In this document: positions 30,101 through 45,100 of the stretch, piece by piece
How positions within the stretch are numbered: the stretch's first letter is position 1
Layout: the number at the start of each line of letters is the position of its first letter
NCBI RefSeq assembly: GCF_022539665.2
Contig: NC_081333.1
Span: 6,944,001 to 7,008,000 of the forward strand
DNA length: 64,000 bases
Direction: 5' to 3'
DNA from: Daphnia carinata
Lineage: Eukaryota
Translations under genes and position numbers: made by a program
Notes under the pieces: generated by a model
The model's database searches: none
Seen by the model: the letters and a program-made list of their open reading frames with translations, nothing else
What the model was told of the DNA's origin: nothing

Positions 30101-33100
30101 GTACTTCAACTCTATTTCCACATCAAACTGATCGCATGAAAGAGCTTTCTTTTCACGAGAATCCGTCCCATTGATTATTAAGACTGTTCTTTTAAAATTA
30201 GATTCTTTTCTAATCACGGCCATTACGGGAGTCATATTAAATCTCTTCATTCCCCTGTGTTTTCATTTTTTTGCCAGCCTTACGCCGTATCCCATTGTTT
30301 CCACGTTCACTTATGGCAGTTGAATCAACTGACGGTATTCGTATCTGATTTTTGCCTTGAATGTGTAGACTTGCTGGCATATCAAGTCGCCTTATTAAAG
30401 AGAAACTTCCCTTTTGCCTTTCTAGATTATAATATATTTACATACGACCTTTTAATGCTACTTTTTGAGAAGGCCAACTGCATCAAGTCATAATTTACAA
30501 GACGCTTATTCTCTACAGTTTGTGCAATTTCAAACGGATTTGTTGTTTTTCTAAATCTTCTTCAATAGTAAAACAAAATTTAATATGTAACAACTATAAG
30601 AAGCCTTTGTGACATAGTTACTTTGGCATTTACTGTTTCCCTAGTCGAAGGCGACTCTAATGATTCCCTACTGTAACTGTTTTTTGCAGGACAATTTGAA
30701 CAAAATCGGAGACGAACTTCACATGACATCTAATTTTGTCACCAAATCACAGCCGAGGAGCTCTCCTGGGAGCTTCATCGGACGATCAGAACTCTCCTCT
30801 CACACACCGGCTGGTTATTACGGTCAAAACGGAGGCGGCACAATTCCTAGGAGCCATCGACGGCCGACGCAACATTACACAACGGCTGGCATTGCCGAAA
30901 GTAATTTTCTAACGCCATCCAGTCAAACGTCAATCTCTGGCTCTTCCCGCCGACCTGGGCATCACCCGCTCAATGGCTCAGCGTCGATGGTTGCTGAACC
31001 CGGTCTCGATGCTGACGATCTGATGAACGACGATAGCGACTCAGCGTCGCAGTCTAGTCGACCAGGCAAGTTCATTTCTCATTAGCTACTCCTAATCATG
31101 CCCAACGGGACCTATGTTGTACCCCGTGCTCGCTTAACGTAGTTCTTATTTAGTCTGAACGCATAGGCACGCCCTTCGTATACCTATAATGGCTATAAGC
31201 AAAAGGCTTATCTAATATGCCCACTGCTCTGTGTAATAAGGGCAAGTGACTGAATTACGTGATTAACAACTCTGTCATTACATTGAGTACTTGTCCGACG
31301 TGGCTAAATTCCAAGTTAGACCCTCCCTGGACGATGAGATTAGTGAACAGCTGGGTGTAGTAAAACAGCACGTTCGTTGATAAGCTCAAAAATTGTTTCC
31401 GAGAAACAAAAGTTTCCACGCCCTTTCGTCGTTCACGATTGGAAAATGAATGGCAGTGCCTGCCGTTTCTGCTTGCGTTATAAAGGAGGCTTATAAAAGC
31501 ATCGAATAGGGCACTTTGCAACTTATTGCCCTTTTCCATGAGTCTTATTTGTTTTTGTTACGCGTAAAGCAGCGTTTACTTAGTAGTGTGCCCTATGCGA
31601 ACAGCCGGGTTATTACCGGGCGTTAAGACCACTTACAATGCATAATGAAATGGTGTACTTTGACCGTTTGTCACGGCGCGTTTGCAACGCATGTCGACCG
31701 TCGCCTTGGTACAATTGACATGTCGTGACGGTGTATTTTGAGTGTGTTCGTTATTTCAACCTTTCCGCGTATATGTTGGAACAAACCTTGAAGAAAACAG
31801 TGTTAATCGTAATAATTAAGCTTTATGATCTTGTGTCCTTATTAACTCGTAAGTTGGCAAGGCAAGCGTTAGTAATGTGGAACTTTGTCCGGGGATTTTC
31901 ACGCCCGCTAATTGAATAGCTTTCCTCTTGTTTGTTAATTTAATTTTTTACATGAACATATTGGGTCGCTTAGATTCGAAATGATTTGATTCGCCGAGTG
32001 ACCTTCGTATGTAATTATCGAAAATAACTTTGGAATTATGAATCATTGTTTTGTGTCGTGTTTCACGAGAACCTAGAAAAGAAGTGACTCGATACTGGAC
32101 GAGATTGAAACGAAACTTTATTCCTTTTTTATTAAATATTAGTGACCGCAGTAGCGCTAGAAGTAGGGCCACCAAACTAAATTGTGAGGGCAATTTTCAA
32201 TTTGCCTCGGACGTCATCGAATGACACGTCATTAATCTCGTCGAGTCACGATAGTGATCTCATCTTTCGCTATCTTCTTCTAACGCCCTCACTCCTCTTT
32301 CGTATAATCTTTTTGATATTTGAGCGTCTCCACCTCAGTTATCTACTTGTATTTTTCTTCTTTCCCTCATAAATCTATTGACAGCAAGTAAGAAAATAAA
32401 AAGGTAAAAAGAAACTGTGTGTCTCCGCCGGAAGAGCCCACCACAGCTGGGATGTTTATTCTTCTCTTAGAAAAGAATGGACATAGGTTGGACTATAAGA
32501 TTCTAGATGCCATCTTATGACCCAGTCCCTGCGGCCGAGGACCTCTCTTCTTTCCTTTTTTCTGTTTCCTTTCTCTTTTTTTCCAACTGATATTTTTATT
32601 AGAATGACTTTGAAGAGAGCCCTTGTGAGTATACTCAACAGAGCGCAGTCTTCTGTATTTTACCTCAACCTTTAAAAGAGCAAAACCCCCTGCGAGCATC
32701 TTCAACTGAAAACGACGAACACGAGAGGACAAGAAAAGGCTCCCTTTTGTGTGTCCTACACAATCTTTCCCAGCGCTGGCGGGATAAATAAAAAAAAAAA
32801 GAAAAATATGTCGTGGTCATATTTGTAAGAAACGGAAACATGTATATTTTATAGGAAGTAGGACGGACAAGGGAAACATCTAGCGCAACACTTTCTTCTT
32901 CCATCTTGTGTTGTTTCGTATGTGTCTTGCATTGTTTCTAAACGGGTCCTCTGCGGGACCCCAGAAGGCCTACGCAATAACGAGATTGCCCAGTGTCGAC
33001 GACAATGTATTTTCATCAGCACCTTATGCCGCCTCTGTTATTCAGAGAGTTTCGCAGTCTATATCTGCAAACCGGCTGTTGAACGTACGCCCTTTTTCTT

Positions 33101-36100
33101 TTTCCCTTTTTTTTTTTTTTTTTTTTAGCTTATTCCATTTTTGTTTTCTTTCATCGTGTTGTCAATATTCTTCAGCTTTTCTCCCCCACTTCCCGTGAGA
33201 ATATAACCGTGCTAGTTTTCCCAAAGTTGAAAGCTGCTAGAAGCTGTTGGAAGTGGACCATTTAGATTTTTGTTTTTCTCGTGACGCGTCCTTTTCTGTC
33301 GCCTCCCCCCTTTGTTATAAAGGCTCCAGAGTCGGAGCATACACACGTCTCTTCATCACGAAGGCATCTCGGGTAGCCTTGCTCTTAGTTTCCCCTCTTC
33401 CTTGTTATTCCTGTTTTTTTTTTCTTTTTCTTTTGGGTCGTTCGTCCGCGTGATGGGATTCAATTCAATAACTCGGAATGATGGGCCTGGAGATGCAGGA
33501 CCTTTACTAGTAGAATAAGCAGCACCGACTGAGCGTGAAACCCTATCTCGTTCCTTTTGCTTTTTCTTTCTCCATTTACGTTGAAGGAAGGGGATGATCG
33601 TAGGCGTCGTATCTCATATACAATAGTGTAGGATGGAAAAACGACGCTAGAGGCAGCTCATTGGAACCTGTATTGCCCCTTGCTGAATGGCGTATACCGT
33701 TTCACGGTGTGACATGGACCTAGTCACGGCAGTGCCGCCTATTTTTCTCCAATGTCTCGGTCCCTTTCGTTTTATTTATTTATTTTTTTCTTCTTCTTGC
33801 CTATTCTATATAAGAGATTGTCTGGAATGAGATCAAGAAATATGGAAGCGGCCAAGAGAGAGAAATGTATATATAGGAGACAGCAGCGTTCTTTGCTGTC
33901 TAGTCTTTTCCTGCGTCCTGTCTATAATATGCGTCTTCTTCACTCTGCGACATTCGGCGAAAGCTCCTTCACAATTGACGCGCGGTCGTCTTTTATTATT
34001 ACATAAATCTTATTATTTCTTTTTTTTTTTTTCATTTTTTCCTATTTCTTTTTTTTTTTTTTAGATGTTTATTTTGTTGTTGAACGACGAGAAACGTAGT
34101 TGATAAAAGGAGTTGAAGGAGGACGTCAGAGAGCGCAGAAACTGTGCGCACTTACGAAAGCAGACACATAGATAAGCTGAAAGACTGCAGTGGCATCCTG
34201 TACATCTACTGAAGAGGCTAGTTGGAAACAGTTACTCTTTTTTTTTTCTCTCGATATATGTGTGTACTGATGGAAGGTGTTAGGCCAGGCGCAAAAATCG
34301 ATCGTTTTCTTTTTTTTTTCCCATTTTGTTGGTTTTTTTTTATTACGTACTTACCGTGTCGCTCAATATCGAGAGAGGGTCGTGAACTAGAAAAGAAAAC
34401 TAGAAGCAGTGAAGAGGCTCGTTTGTTGACCTTTCTTTTTTTTTCCCTGTGCTCTGTATTCCACATTTTTTTTGTCTGTACACAGGAGACGTTGCTCACA
34501 AATCTACATGCAATATAAAATACAGAGAACGGAAGCATCTCATGCATAATGGGGCAAAAAGGAAGAATAAAGCTTCTCTGAATTGCTAGCCATAAAATTC
34601 TGTGGCATCGCTGGAGTATGATTATCGTCAAATAAACATTTAATCTTGTGATTTTTGGCCATCATTAAGGGTCGTGATGCAGTGATTAGAATAAAAATCT
34701 ATTCTGGAGTAAATGAGCGTAGGTTTTTGAATGTGAGACATGAGAATGGGTTTTAGTCGTTAGCGTATGATCGTTAAACAATTTTTCCAGCAGTTTCATT
34801 CGCTGATTGTCTACCACATTATTGGTTTCTAATAGATGTGTAAAACAAATTTCTCTGGAAGACAAGGATTACGTGTTAGAGATAAAAAAAACAAACAAGC
34901 TTTTATTACTCCGCAATCCTTATGTTTACGGTCCTCCTTTCTTTTTTTCCTGTAGCGCAACTATACATGAGCTCACGTACATCGAGATCTTCTTCCAGGG
35001 AAGAAAACTTCGATCATTACTAATAATCACGATCCTATTTTCCCACTAGGAAATGACTATTAAATAATGTAAGGTAGGACCAATATCTTGCCGAGCCGGA
35101 ATATAACTTTCCGAATAAACGTTCAGGAGGATATTATTAAGTCACTACGCGCACGTTAAAACATTCACCGTTCTTGGGCGGACGCTTCTAGTTCTGCGCA
35201 CGTTACTATTGTACGTGTAAACAACTCCAAACGTAAACTATAAACTTTAAATTTTTTTACGTACGAAAAAAAGAGGCACAACATTCAGATAGTTGTCCGC
35301 CAAAAGCGATCGCCTATTACAAACGCTGTTGCTAGGTCCCCGTTAAACTCCGTGCACCTCTTACGTAACACCGGTATTGTTATAGTAAACTGACTCCTCG
35401 TCTCGCTACGATCTTTTACGAGCAAAGCTATTATAGGTGGAATAACGAGTCCCCTATCGGTTTCGTTTGAAAAGAGACACTACGCTAAAAGTATACTTAA
35501 AGGCTCTCCCCCCCCCCCCCACCACCACCAAAGAAGAGTTGCTAGGATGCTGCATTGATTTGTCTTGTTATTTTATTCAGCCAGCTTTTTATTTTATTTT
35601 ATTTTTTTTTTTTTTTATTTTTTTTTTTTTTTTTTTATGTCGATCGACACCGGGTGGAACACTTTGAAATTCATTGACTCTTACGGAACGTAGCGGCAGA
35701 AGTGGGCGGCAAGCAATGGTGCATCCTGTGCATGGCCCTCTTGGTGGCACTGGGGACGGGCGTCGGAGTCGGAGTCCCCCTGGCCTTACGATCCGGCTCG
35801 TCGCTGCAAGAACGACTCATCGCCGCCCAGAACATCTTGGCTCAAGTGCCTCTCGTCGACGGGTATGTAACAGAATTTCTTCTTATTTCTTTTTTTTTTT
35901 CTTTTTAGAAGGGGGTGCTTCTTTTTTTTATTTCAGTTCGCTAAAAGTACTTCCCCTTTTTACTACCTTAAAGTTTAGCGTGATGATGTTAAGTGATCTC
36001 TATGCCAATACGCAGCTAAAAAAGGTTGATTTGAAACGAGGCAGTACTTCTTTTCTAAAGTTCCTTTTTCTTTTTAAATGGAAAGAAATGCACACCGGCT

Positions 36101-39100
36101 GGGGGGTCATGATGGACACTTTTTGAATGCTAATTCTTGCCCCTTTTCCCGTTCTTTCTTTCATTCCTTTGAGTATCATTCATTCTTGTCCAATAGTATT
36201 TTTTTCCTGTCGTGAGCGACTTAAGGGGCCCTACCAACTCGTTTTTTCCACACCATAAAATTCCCCCCTCCTTATTTTTTTTTTTTTACCCAATTCTTTA
36301 TACTTATATGTATTTCTATTCGTTTGCCCTTTTTTTTTTTTTTATTGATATGCTCTGGTGGCAACGAAACTCTTCATCTGGAGAGCCCAACTACTTAGCT
36401 ATTCCTTTCCTCATTGCCATTCTGCTCATCGCTTTTTTTTTCGAATCTTCTTTCTTTTCTTGTTTTTCATTGTGATTTCTTTCTTTTTGCATAACCACTT
36501 ACGGAAAATCCAGCTGTTGGAAAGATCAGAGACTGCTGCCATTGATGCATAGCTGTGCATACAGCTGATTCACTTGATGATGAATACGCAATCGCATGCA
36601 AAATGGTTTCATTCGTATACAATAGCGTCATTCCCGAAAATCATGACGTGGGCGCGATGCATCAACTGTCATTTAAAGATTTGCGTCTTATTCGTAAATT
36701 TCCCCCACCGTTTTGGCTTATTACGTGGTGGGTTTTTAACCTTTTATTTTTTTGAATTTCGGAGCACGGAGAGAAGCTCTATTGGCCATCCTATAGCTCA
36801 GACAGAGACGGACTGCGGCGTCGAGTAAAATGACAAGTTGATGTCTGTCAAAATCCGCCGTGTGATTCATCTGCACAGGGCGTGGCCGCAATGCGTCTGG
36901 CCTTTTTGGGGAGGTCGTGAGAAGTTGGCGGGCCTAATTTCAAGTCGACACAAGCCGGAACGTTAGCTGATTACTCGACTGTTACTATTAACTGCGTTAG
37001 AGCGTATCACTACTGTGTGTGTGTGTGTGTGTGCACAGTAGAACTCATGTTTGTAGGATTAGCGCACGCACAAAGTGTTTTAGCGTTGATCGTAGGGGCA
37101 CTTATAGCTCACGCGTGTGTCTAAACATGGTCGAACCTGAGGTCTATTGCTCATCCATGGCGCATCTCATCTCCCATGTAAATTGAATTAGGATTTAGCT
37201 TGACTTGGTGACGCTCAAGTGGGAGTTCTTTGTGATGAAAAATCCATCAGCTCCGCGTAGCAATGGATGGATAACAAAACGATTGCCACTTTCCTTTTTT
37301 TATGTGGAGGGATCTAATTTATTCACAAGCGCGTTTGGAGACGTGCTAGCGCAATCGGAGTGCGAATCGTGAGAATATCATTCCACCCCCACACTTCTCT
37401 AAACTCAAATAATTCATTGATTAAGTTTTTTTTTTTTCGGCTCGCCGCTCATCGTCTTCTGCAAGTGGGAGAGACGACTAAACCATCCGCCACCGTTTAA
37501 CCTTTTCTTTTATGTTTTAAAATAAAAAAAATTTCATGATTTATAGCCTTATTTCGCGCAAGATTCGTGTACAGCATAAATGTGGAAAAGGGCGGAACCA
37601 GAACTTTCGGCGTGCGGTGAACATTTAACGATTTCCGAACATTCACCATAAAGAGTTTAACGATGTTGCGTACAATTCCAACTAATTCGTTCAACTATCG
37701 ACAGGTGAAAATGTCAATAAAAAGAGGCCATGGAGACCGTGGGAAAGCATGGGAGGAAGATCGCAATTCTCAGACTTCGCTCGATCGCTGGTAGACCCGA
37801 GTTCGAATCTCGTCACAGTCTAGGATTTTCTTCAAAAAAATTCTTACCTCTATTCAATTTAAGCCTACTGAAGGCTTTGTTGGGCGGTAACACTTTTGAA
37901 TGAAGTTTGGTCACCGGTGTAGCGATAATCTAATTTCTGGGTACCAACATTTTATGGGTGAGGGACTTTCGTTTCTCGCGTAGGCTTAAGTGGAGAAAAT
38001 CCTTTTTTTTTGTTTGCTAGACGGCAAAATATCTGCGAATTTCAGCTAACTGATCTAATCGATTGATGACGTTCTTGGAATTCCAGCAAAATGATCCGTC
38101 TCACATGACTTGTGAATGATTGCGTTCAAGGGCTGACAGCCTTCCTTGGCGTTTAGGCGCAATCGTTTCCCTGCTAGAAACTTGTGCCAACCGACGGCCG
38201 CACGAGTAAGAAAAACTTATGTAAATGAAACTCTGCTTCCCACAGACAAACTAACTCTAAAAGCCTTCTTTCATCCGATCCTATTCCAAAGGCAAGACGC
38301 TCGTTTTCCAGCCATTCGTTTTGCCTCGTTTTCTTTTTTTTTTTTCTTCTTCTTCTTCTTCTTCTTCTTCTTCTTCTTTTAAACTACATGCAGTACCGAC
38401 TCAATTAACTGTTGCCTTTAACGTATTACTTGAGCGAAATGAAAAAATTGAGCATCAGTAAGAGCTAACATACACAAGAGCAGCCTCCGTTTCCGGATGC
38501 CTCTGGGCGCTCGTTTGCAATAAGATAAGTCCATTACTGCCAATGAGTTGTTTTTTTTGTTTTGTTTTTTTCCTTTTTGCTCGTAGCTCTTAAGTCTTGG
38601 ATGTTATAGTTCCGTACATCTGCTCTACCATTGTCTCTTAAGAGGAGTGTGATCCTGTACGTAGCAGATATAGTTCCCTCCGCCATCTCGACAGCCCCTT
38701 TGTAATCCATCACGGATCGAGTTGCCCATTAATATACACACACAGACGCTGAGACATGCCAAATGTAAAAGCCAGAAATGCAATTGAAAGAGAGTGAATT
38801 AAAGCGAGGCGCAGAGGAATCTATAGACGAACGTCGATTGGAAAAATAAATATTAAAAAAATTGATAGAAATTCAAGAATTCCAATTGGTAAGAAAAAGC
38901 TTTTGATTACACGTATAAATAGTTACATAAAGAGCGGAGAGATTGATATTCAAAATCGGCTGTCTGCGATTCGATTCCCCCCCTAAAAAGTCATCAATTC
39001 AACCGACGGATGTTTTTTTTTTTTTTTTTAAAGAATGAAGGAGGGATAAAAAAAAAGGCATCCTTCCCGCGTGCAGGCAAAGCTTATCGATTCAACTGTA

Positions 39101-42100
39101 AAGACGAGAATAACAGGCCGGAAATGAGACCGGTCGAGCGGAAGAGAAGTGAAGAGTTCCACTCCATACATCTATTTTTGTGCCTGTACCTACAGTATAA
39201 GATCCTTGGTATTTTTTTTTCTACAGTACCCGACAAAAAAGAACCCGCAATTCAAGGGCCCACAAGAAAAGACTGTTTTCTATTATTTTTTATGCATACC
39301 CAGTATTATGAACTTTCTTCTCGATCAATGTTCTACCATCTAAACGCACCTTACATTAGGACACGTGTACAGATGCATGTTTACAAGCATTCGTGTAGCC
39401 TATACGATGCGCTTTCAATCGATAAAAAGTATCAGTCTGTTCTGGCATTTTCTTCCATTTCCTTTTTCATATTTCCCGCTCTGTTTGCCACAACGCACTG
39501 TTCTGGTCCCTTTTAGCAGGGGTCCTACCTTGAAGGCAATATTGTATGTTTAAGTGCATACGTATTTGTTTGCGATTTTTTTTTTTTTACATTATATGAC
39601 GGTCATAATGAAGTAACATGGTCAAAGTGGACATGCAATCCTTGCTCGCATCGAAGCTTCCTTGTTTCGTTTATTTGGGGCTGTGAAGCAACTGGATAAA
39701 TCAATTAAAATGTAGACGATCAAACTGAGGCGAACAGAGCATTTCAGGTCATTGCAATTCACGTTCGTATGGTGCTCGTTAGCTAGGCGAGTCTATGCGT
39801 TATAATCCTCTTCATCACCTAATCGTTTTTGTATGTTGGCTCGTGAAAATCCCTCGTTGTATGGAATTACCATTGCTACATTTGTGTGCGTGATACATTG
39901 GGTACAAATGTCCAGCGACGAGTGGCAAAAAACACGGTCTATACAAAATAGTTTTTTGTTTAAAGCAATAATTGCTGTTTTTTTTTTTTAATATCTTTGC
40001 CAAATTGTGTAGAATGTATCCATATTTCTGTCAACTTTCTTTCAATCCCTCTGTCTTTCTTTCGGGTGTACTTCGAGGTGGGGTTAAGAAAAAAAAAAGT
40101 TTGCGCTTTGCAATGCTGGATTCTTCTTATTTCCGGTTTGGTGTGCAACTAATGCCGTTCTGGCCGACTGGGTAAATGCACCCGTCTGCTGCCAGCTTCC
40201 AACGTAATTACTGGGCTAGACCGTAATGAACTTTATCGATTTACTATACGCCATCGTAATGCATTGCTCTGTTGTGTGTGAGACGTTGCGACTTGTCTTC
40301 CTCGTCGTAAGATGAAACACACACTTACGCCCTCACAATCTCTCAACGCTATCCATCCTTCTTTTTTATGTCGATGGGAGGGAGATCTTTAGCCTCAGCC
40401 ACACTTGTCCGTAGCTTTTAATGATGACCTGACTGCCATACAACAACTGCTCGGATACATCAATGTTTGTCTCTATTTTTATTATTATTATTATTTTTTT
40501 TTTTTTGCGGTCGCCACTAATTCGATGACGTTGACCAATCAGCCACAACGACATGCCGTGGAACATCCGCAAATTTGCTGGCGGAAAGCTCAACACGCTA
40601 AGGGCCCTGGAAACTGGCCTTCAACATCTTGACCCGTGGTCCAAGAGTGCCTGGTCGCACACAGATTTTCCGAGACTAAGAGAAGGACGTGTCGGTGCTC
40701 AGGTAAGATAATACGCCCTTTATGCTGCCTATCTATCTTCCCCTTATTCTGCTAGCAACCGCACGTGCAGCTGTCCTGGAAACGGGAACCTGTGCAAGAC
40801 GAACGCACTCTGAAACGCGGTGTTTGACCTACAACTTTTCTCTCTAAATCCTATAACTTTTTCGTTCTAGTTTGTTAGCTCTGCTAGTCTGTATATATAC
40901 TTCTAGATTGTTAAAAAAAAAAAAAAAAAAAAAACTTCTTATAGTTGTATTGTTTAAAATCCCAGTGGCAAGATCCTCGTCTTTGTTGTATTACTCTTCG
41001 ATGACTAATGTCTCCCGGATGTAAAGACTAGTGAACCATCTGATTACTGTATTATTCATATTTGTTTATTTATATTTTTTCTTCCTCTTCTTTCTCTTCT
41101 TTTCATGTGATCACAAAAAATAACAAAACTTCAGTTCTGGGCGGCTTACGTCCCCTGCGGAGCCCAGTACTTGGACGCCGTCAAACAAACTCTGGAGCAG
41201 ATCGATCTGATCAAGCGCATGGTTGATCGATACTCGGACTATCTTCGATTAGCCGTCGATGCCAAAGGTAGGTTAATTTTTCAGTATATTGCCATCGTGT
41301 TTTTTTTTTGTAGTCTGCTGGCAAACGGTGTAAGTTATTGATTTCAAAATGTTGTGTGATTTCTCTTCATCATCCATCTTGCCTTCTCTGTGAGTCCTAT
41401 GATTAATGTACAGCAGAGCTATGTGTAACGATATCAATCTAAACTTGTCCATCTCCATATAAAGCCAATCGCAAAATATCACTCATGGGAAGGGGGGAAC
41501 GGATGAGAAAGAAGGCGGGGAGAGGAACGTGATGAGCAAAAGTGCGAGAAATCATTCGTCTTTTCCCAACCCCAAGCAACAGCAGCAGCAGTGGGACGCA
41601 ACTTTGATGTCATCCGTTAATGTCGATGTTATGCCGACCACGACTCCCTAGTGACTGTGTGTGGATTTTTTCAAAGAAGAAAAAAAAAAAAAAAGAACAG
41701 AGTTCGAAGAGTGGCAATCTCTTTGGCGACTTGGGTGGCAAAACATTTGCAATTTAAGGGAGACAGGCCTGGACGCCTGTCGCTGATGTCCTTCTCAATG
41801 TTTGCAAAGGGAAAATCATGACTAGTTTGCCTAATGGTAAAGTTTGACTTTGCAAACAGTGGGCAAACCGACTTGTCTGCTGAAAAATTTGCATTTGTCC
41901 ACTTCCAGATGGAGTTTGATGCTGCTTGCTTAGGGGAGCCCAGAGAAAGGCGGCTCGTTAAACGCTTAGTACGGTGTGCATAGTGCATTTCAACTGGACT
42001 TCTCTGCCGCCTCTCTCTCTGCATGTCTACTGATGTCCCGGCCCGTTGGCTCCGGATACTTATACGCCAGCTTAGTATAGGGATTTTCGAGGACCAGCAG

Positions 42101-45100
42101 ACGGGCCCTTCTTGTTCGACTCCGACGCAAGCAATCTCGTAGAGTGTGATTACGAGATAATGCAAAAGGAAGAAAATGGGTGTAGGACTGGCTAAAGGAA
42201 GAATAGTTATGACGCAATCGATCGGAAAAGCGCCGGCTCTATGTACAATCAAAAAAGAATAGCCTCCCCCCCCCTCTCTGCAAACCCTTCGTATCAATGG
42301 CGGTTATCGGGCAGCAAAAGGGAAAACAAAAGTAGAACGAACGTGACTAGTGGTAATATAACGGGAAAAAGGAACAAAAAAAAGAGCGACGTGATAGCGC
42401 AGGCCACGTACTGTATAAATAAGACTGTCGTGTTGTTCGTAGATATATACTGCACTGTTATGTAGTGGCACTTGTCTTTATTTTATTTTGTTATTTTTAT
42501 TTTTATTCTTATGCATTCGCAGGCATTGAAGAATCGCATCGCGACGGACGGATAGCCAGCTTATTGGGCGTCGAGGGAGGCCATTCGCTGGGCAACAGCC
42601 TTGGTGTTTTACGCACCTACTATGACCTAGGAATCCGTTACGTAACCCTCACCCATACGTGCAATACTCCATGGTAGCGTATAAAGTTGTTCTTTTATTG
42701 GTTTTATTTGATTTGTTTGTGTGTGTGTGTGTGTGTCTACATCCCGTCGATTTTGCTTCCCAACGAAATGATTGAGTTAATTAGTACGCCGGAAGATTAA
42801 CACTGCTTTTATTGTCGTTTTGGCTCACTGTTAGGGCAGATTGTTCCATCGCCGAAGCCGATCCTCATCATCCGCGCGAAGGAGGTCTCACCCAGTTTGG
42901 AAAGGTAAACCATTCATAATTTTTAATGATGTAATTGCGATAGAATTGTGATAGATGTAATGATTCCGTAGAAAGAAAGTAAGTTTAAAGTATGATTCAA
43001 AGAAACCCTGTTAGTGTCCCCCAAAACTAACTTCTCCCATTGCGGATAGTTATTGCTCGATTACGTCGTTGAGTTGTCGAAATCAAAACATCTCGTCTAC
43101 AGACTGTAACTTTCGTTGCCACTGGGGGAATGTAATGCAACTTATTAATATGCAATACTGTAGACAGGCAAAGCTATACGTCTGGAAGTTAGATTGGGCA
43201 GAAACACAGTTATTGTTCGTCAACTGATGTTTATTGCATGTCAATATCGAATCCGCCCACAACTAGACGTCTCCTGAAATCCGTATGAATTATCCAGCAT
43301 TGCATCGACTAAACCTTAGAAACAACTTTCATCTCTTTTCCATACTTTGACTCTTCTCATCTTTGATTGGTTCGTCAACCATTGACTTGAGAACAAGCTC
43401 GTAGGTGTTTCCTTATAAAAGAATGTCTTCGTCGCTTATCCGTAATTGTAATTAACTTGCCAAACGATTCGAACCTGGCGGAAGCGGCCGATCTTCGATA
43501 AATGTCCCTATGAATTGATGGCACTTGGTAAACCAGAAACACCACGAAAAAAGGGGAGATGTAATAAATAACAAAGCTCACTTAGACACAACTACACGAA
43601 GCTATAACAAGCGTGAAGTACCAACTAGTCTTGGCCATCATTCTGTGTCGCTGTTGTTTCGCTACGTGGCCAAGTTGATTCCTAATCCAAATCTTGGTAC
43701 GCCATGGTAAATAACAAATAGTTTCTCTCCCACGTTTTTTTCCCATCCAAGTCTAGCTCTGAACATGCAGGTCTATTTTCTTTCGTTCTTTTTTTACTAC
43801 CCTTTTGTTGACTGCTACTTCCCCTCTGGGAGATTGTCACAATCCATTTCCGCCATCCAAGCGAACCCACTGCGTACATAGCCTATATAAATACTGTTTT
43901 ATATGTGTGCGTATGTGTACTACCTCGCCGTCTTCTCTCTCTCTCTGTGTGAGTGTGTGTGTCCGGTTGGTTGTCCTGTCCAGTCCAGTCGACCGACTGT
44001 CGAGTTCAATTCATCTTGATTCTTTTCTTCATTTCGTTTTTTTCCCTTTATATTTACTTTTTCTTTTTGGCTTTTGCCTTCATTCTTTCCACCCTGTTTT
44101 TCTTTCCATTTGTTGGAGATCTCGGGATCGTGAATGAAGTTGTTCAAGTAGACGTGTACCGTTCAGTTCCTCTTAACAAAGCATCCCAAGTCTACTTGTG
44201 ATACGTTCATGCATGTTATTCATGTTTGTTCCGGCCGAGTCTTCTTTTTCCTCGTGTCCATTCGATTGAAGTGCTTTGATGAATCGATTGGGGGGGGGGG
44301 CGTTTGCCGCTTGAATGAAGGGATTCAGACATCAGCAGGTGATGAAAAACATCGATCATTCTCACCTATTGCACCAGTGGTTGCCATGGAAAACCTACAA
44401 TGCAACCCGTGGCTATAACTATACCTCTAATCAAAAGCAGAACCGATTGTATGGATAGCTTTTTCGTTTCTTTTCCCACAAAAATCATAAATTTTTTAGT
44501 AAGATAAAATAAAATAAAATAAAATGGAACTTTAATCATCCGTGGTGAACGAGAAGTTTATTCGATCGATCAAGATTTGATTTCGAATTTTAGAGAAAGA
44601 ACAAAAAAAAACTATGAATACAAATGTAGATTCCTACTAGCACCAGCCATCAGTGGTTTTACCTAGTTCCAATACGGAAAGATTGAGATAGATAAAGAGA
44701 AAAAGAAAGCAAAAAAAAAAAACTGAGTAGATCTAGAAAGCACCAAATCCCTTGCAAAAGCTAAAAACTACTGCCTCTGGTTGGCTGCAGAGATGCACGA
44801 TATAGAAAGTCTAGTCGAGTTTCACGGGACTCTATCTAAGCCTGATACTCGTAACGAAAAGAACCTAGATAGAAGTTTAGAATATAAAAAGCTTCATCTT
44901 GATCTTAGTACATAAGAGGCTTACAATTCCCCGCTGTTCATCGACGGAGAGAGGGAAGAGAGGTAGACATTTCTTTTTCTATTCCCCGTTTGCATTTTTT
45001 TTTTCCTGTTGTCTCCTTTATCCGATGGTGTCTACCCTTTTTCCTTTAACTTAGATTTCTTTCCACCATCAGTTTATTTGTATTCGGAAAATCATATTCA

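Noticed and set aside
41671..42297. 208-aa minus-strand ORF and other long ORF-track calls (17705-18292, 27761-28270, 39010-39516)
   Set aside because: Intronic or intergenic, rich in poly-F/poly-K from homopolymer runs, with no motifs or splice support.
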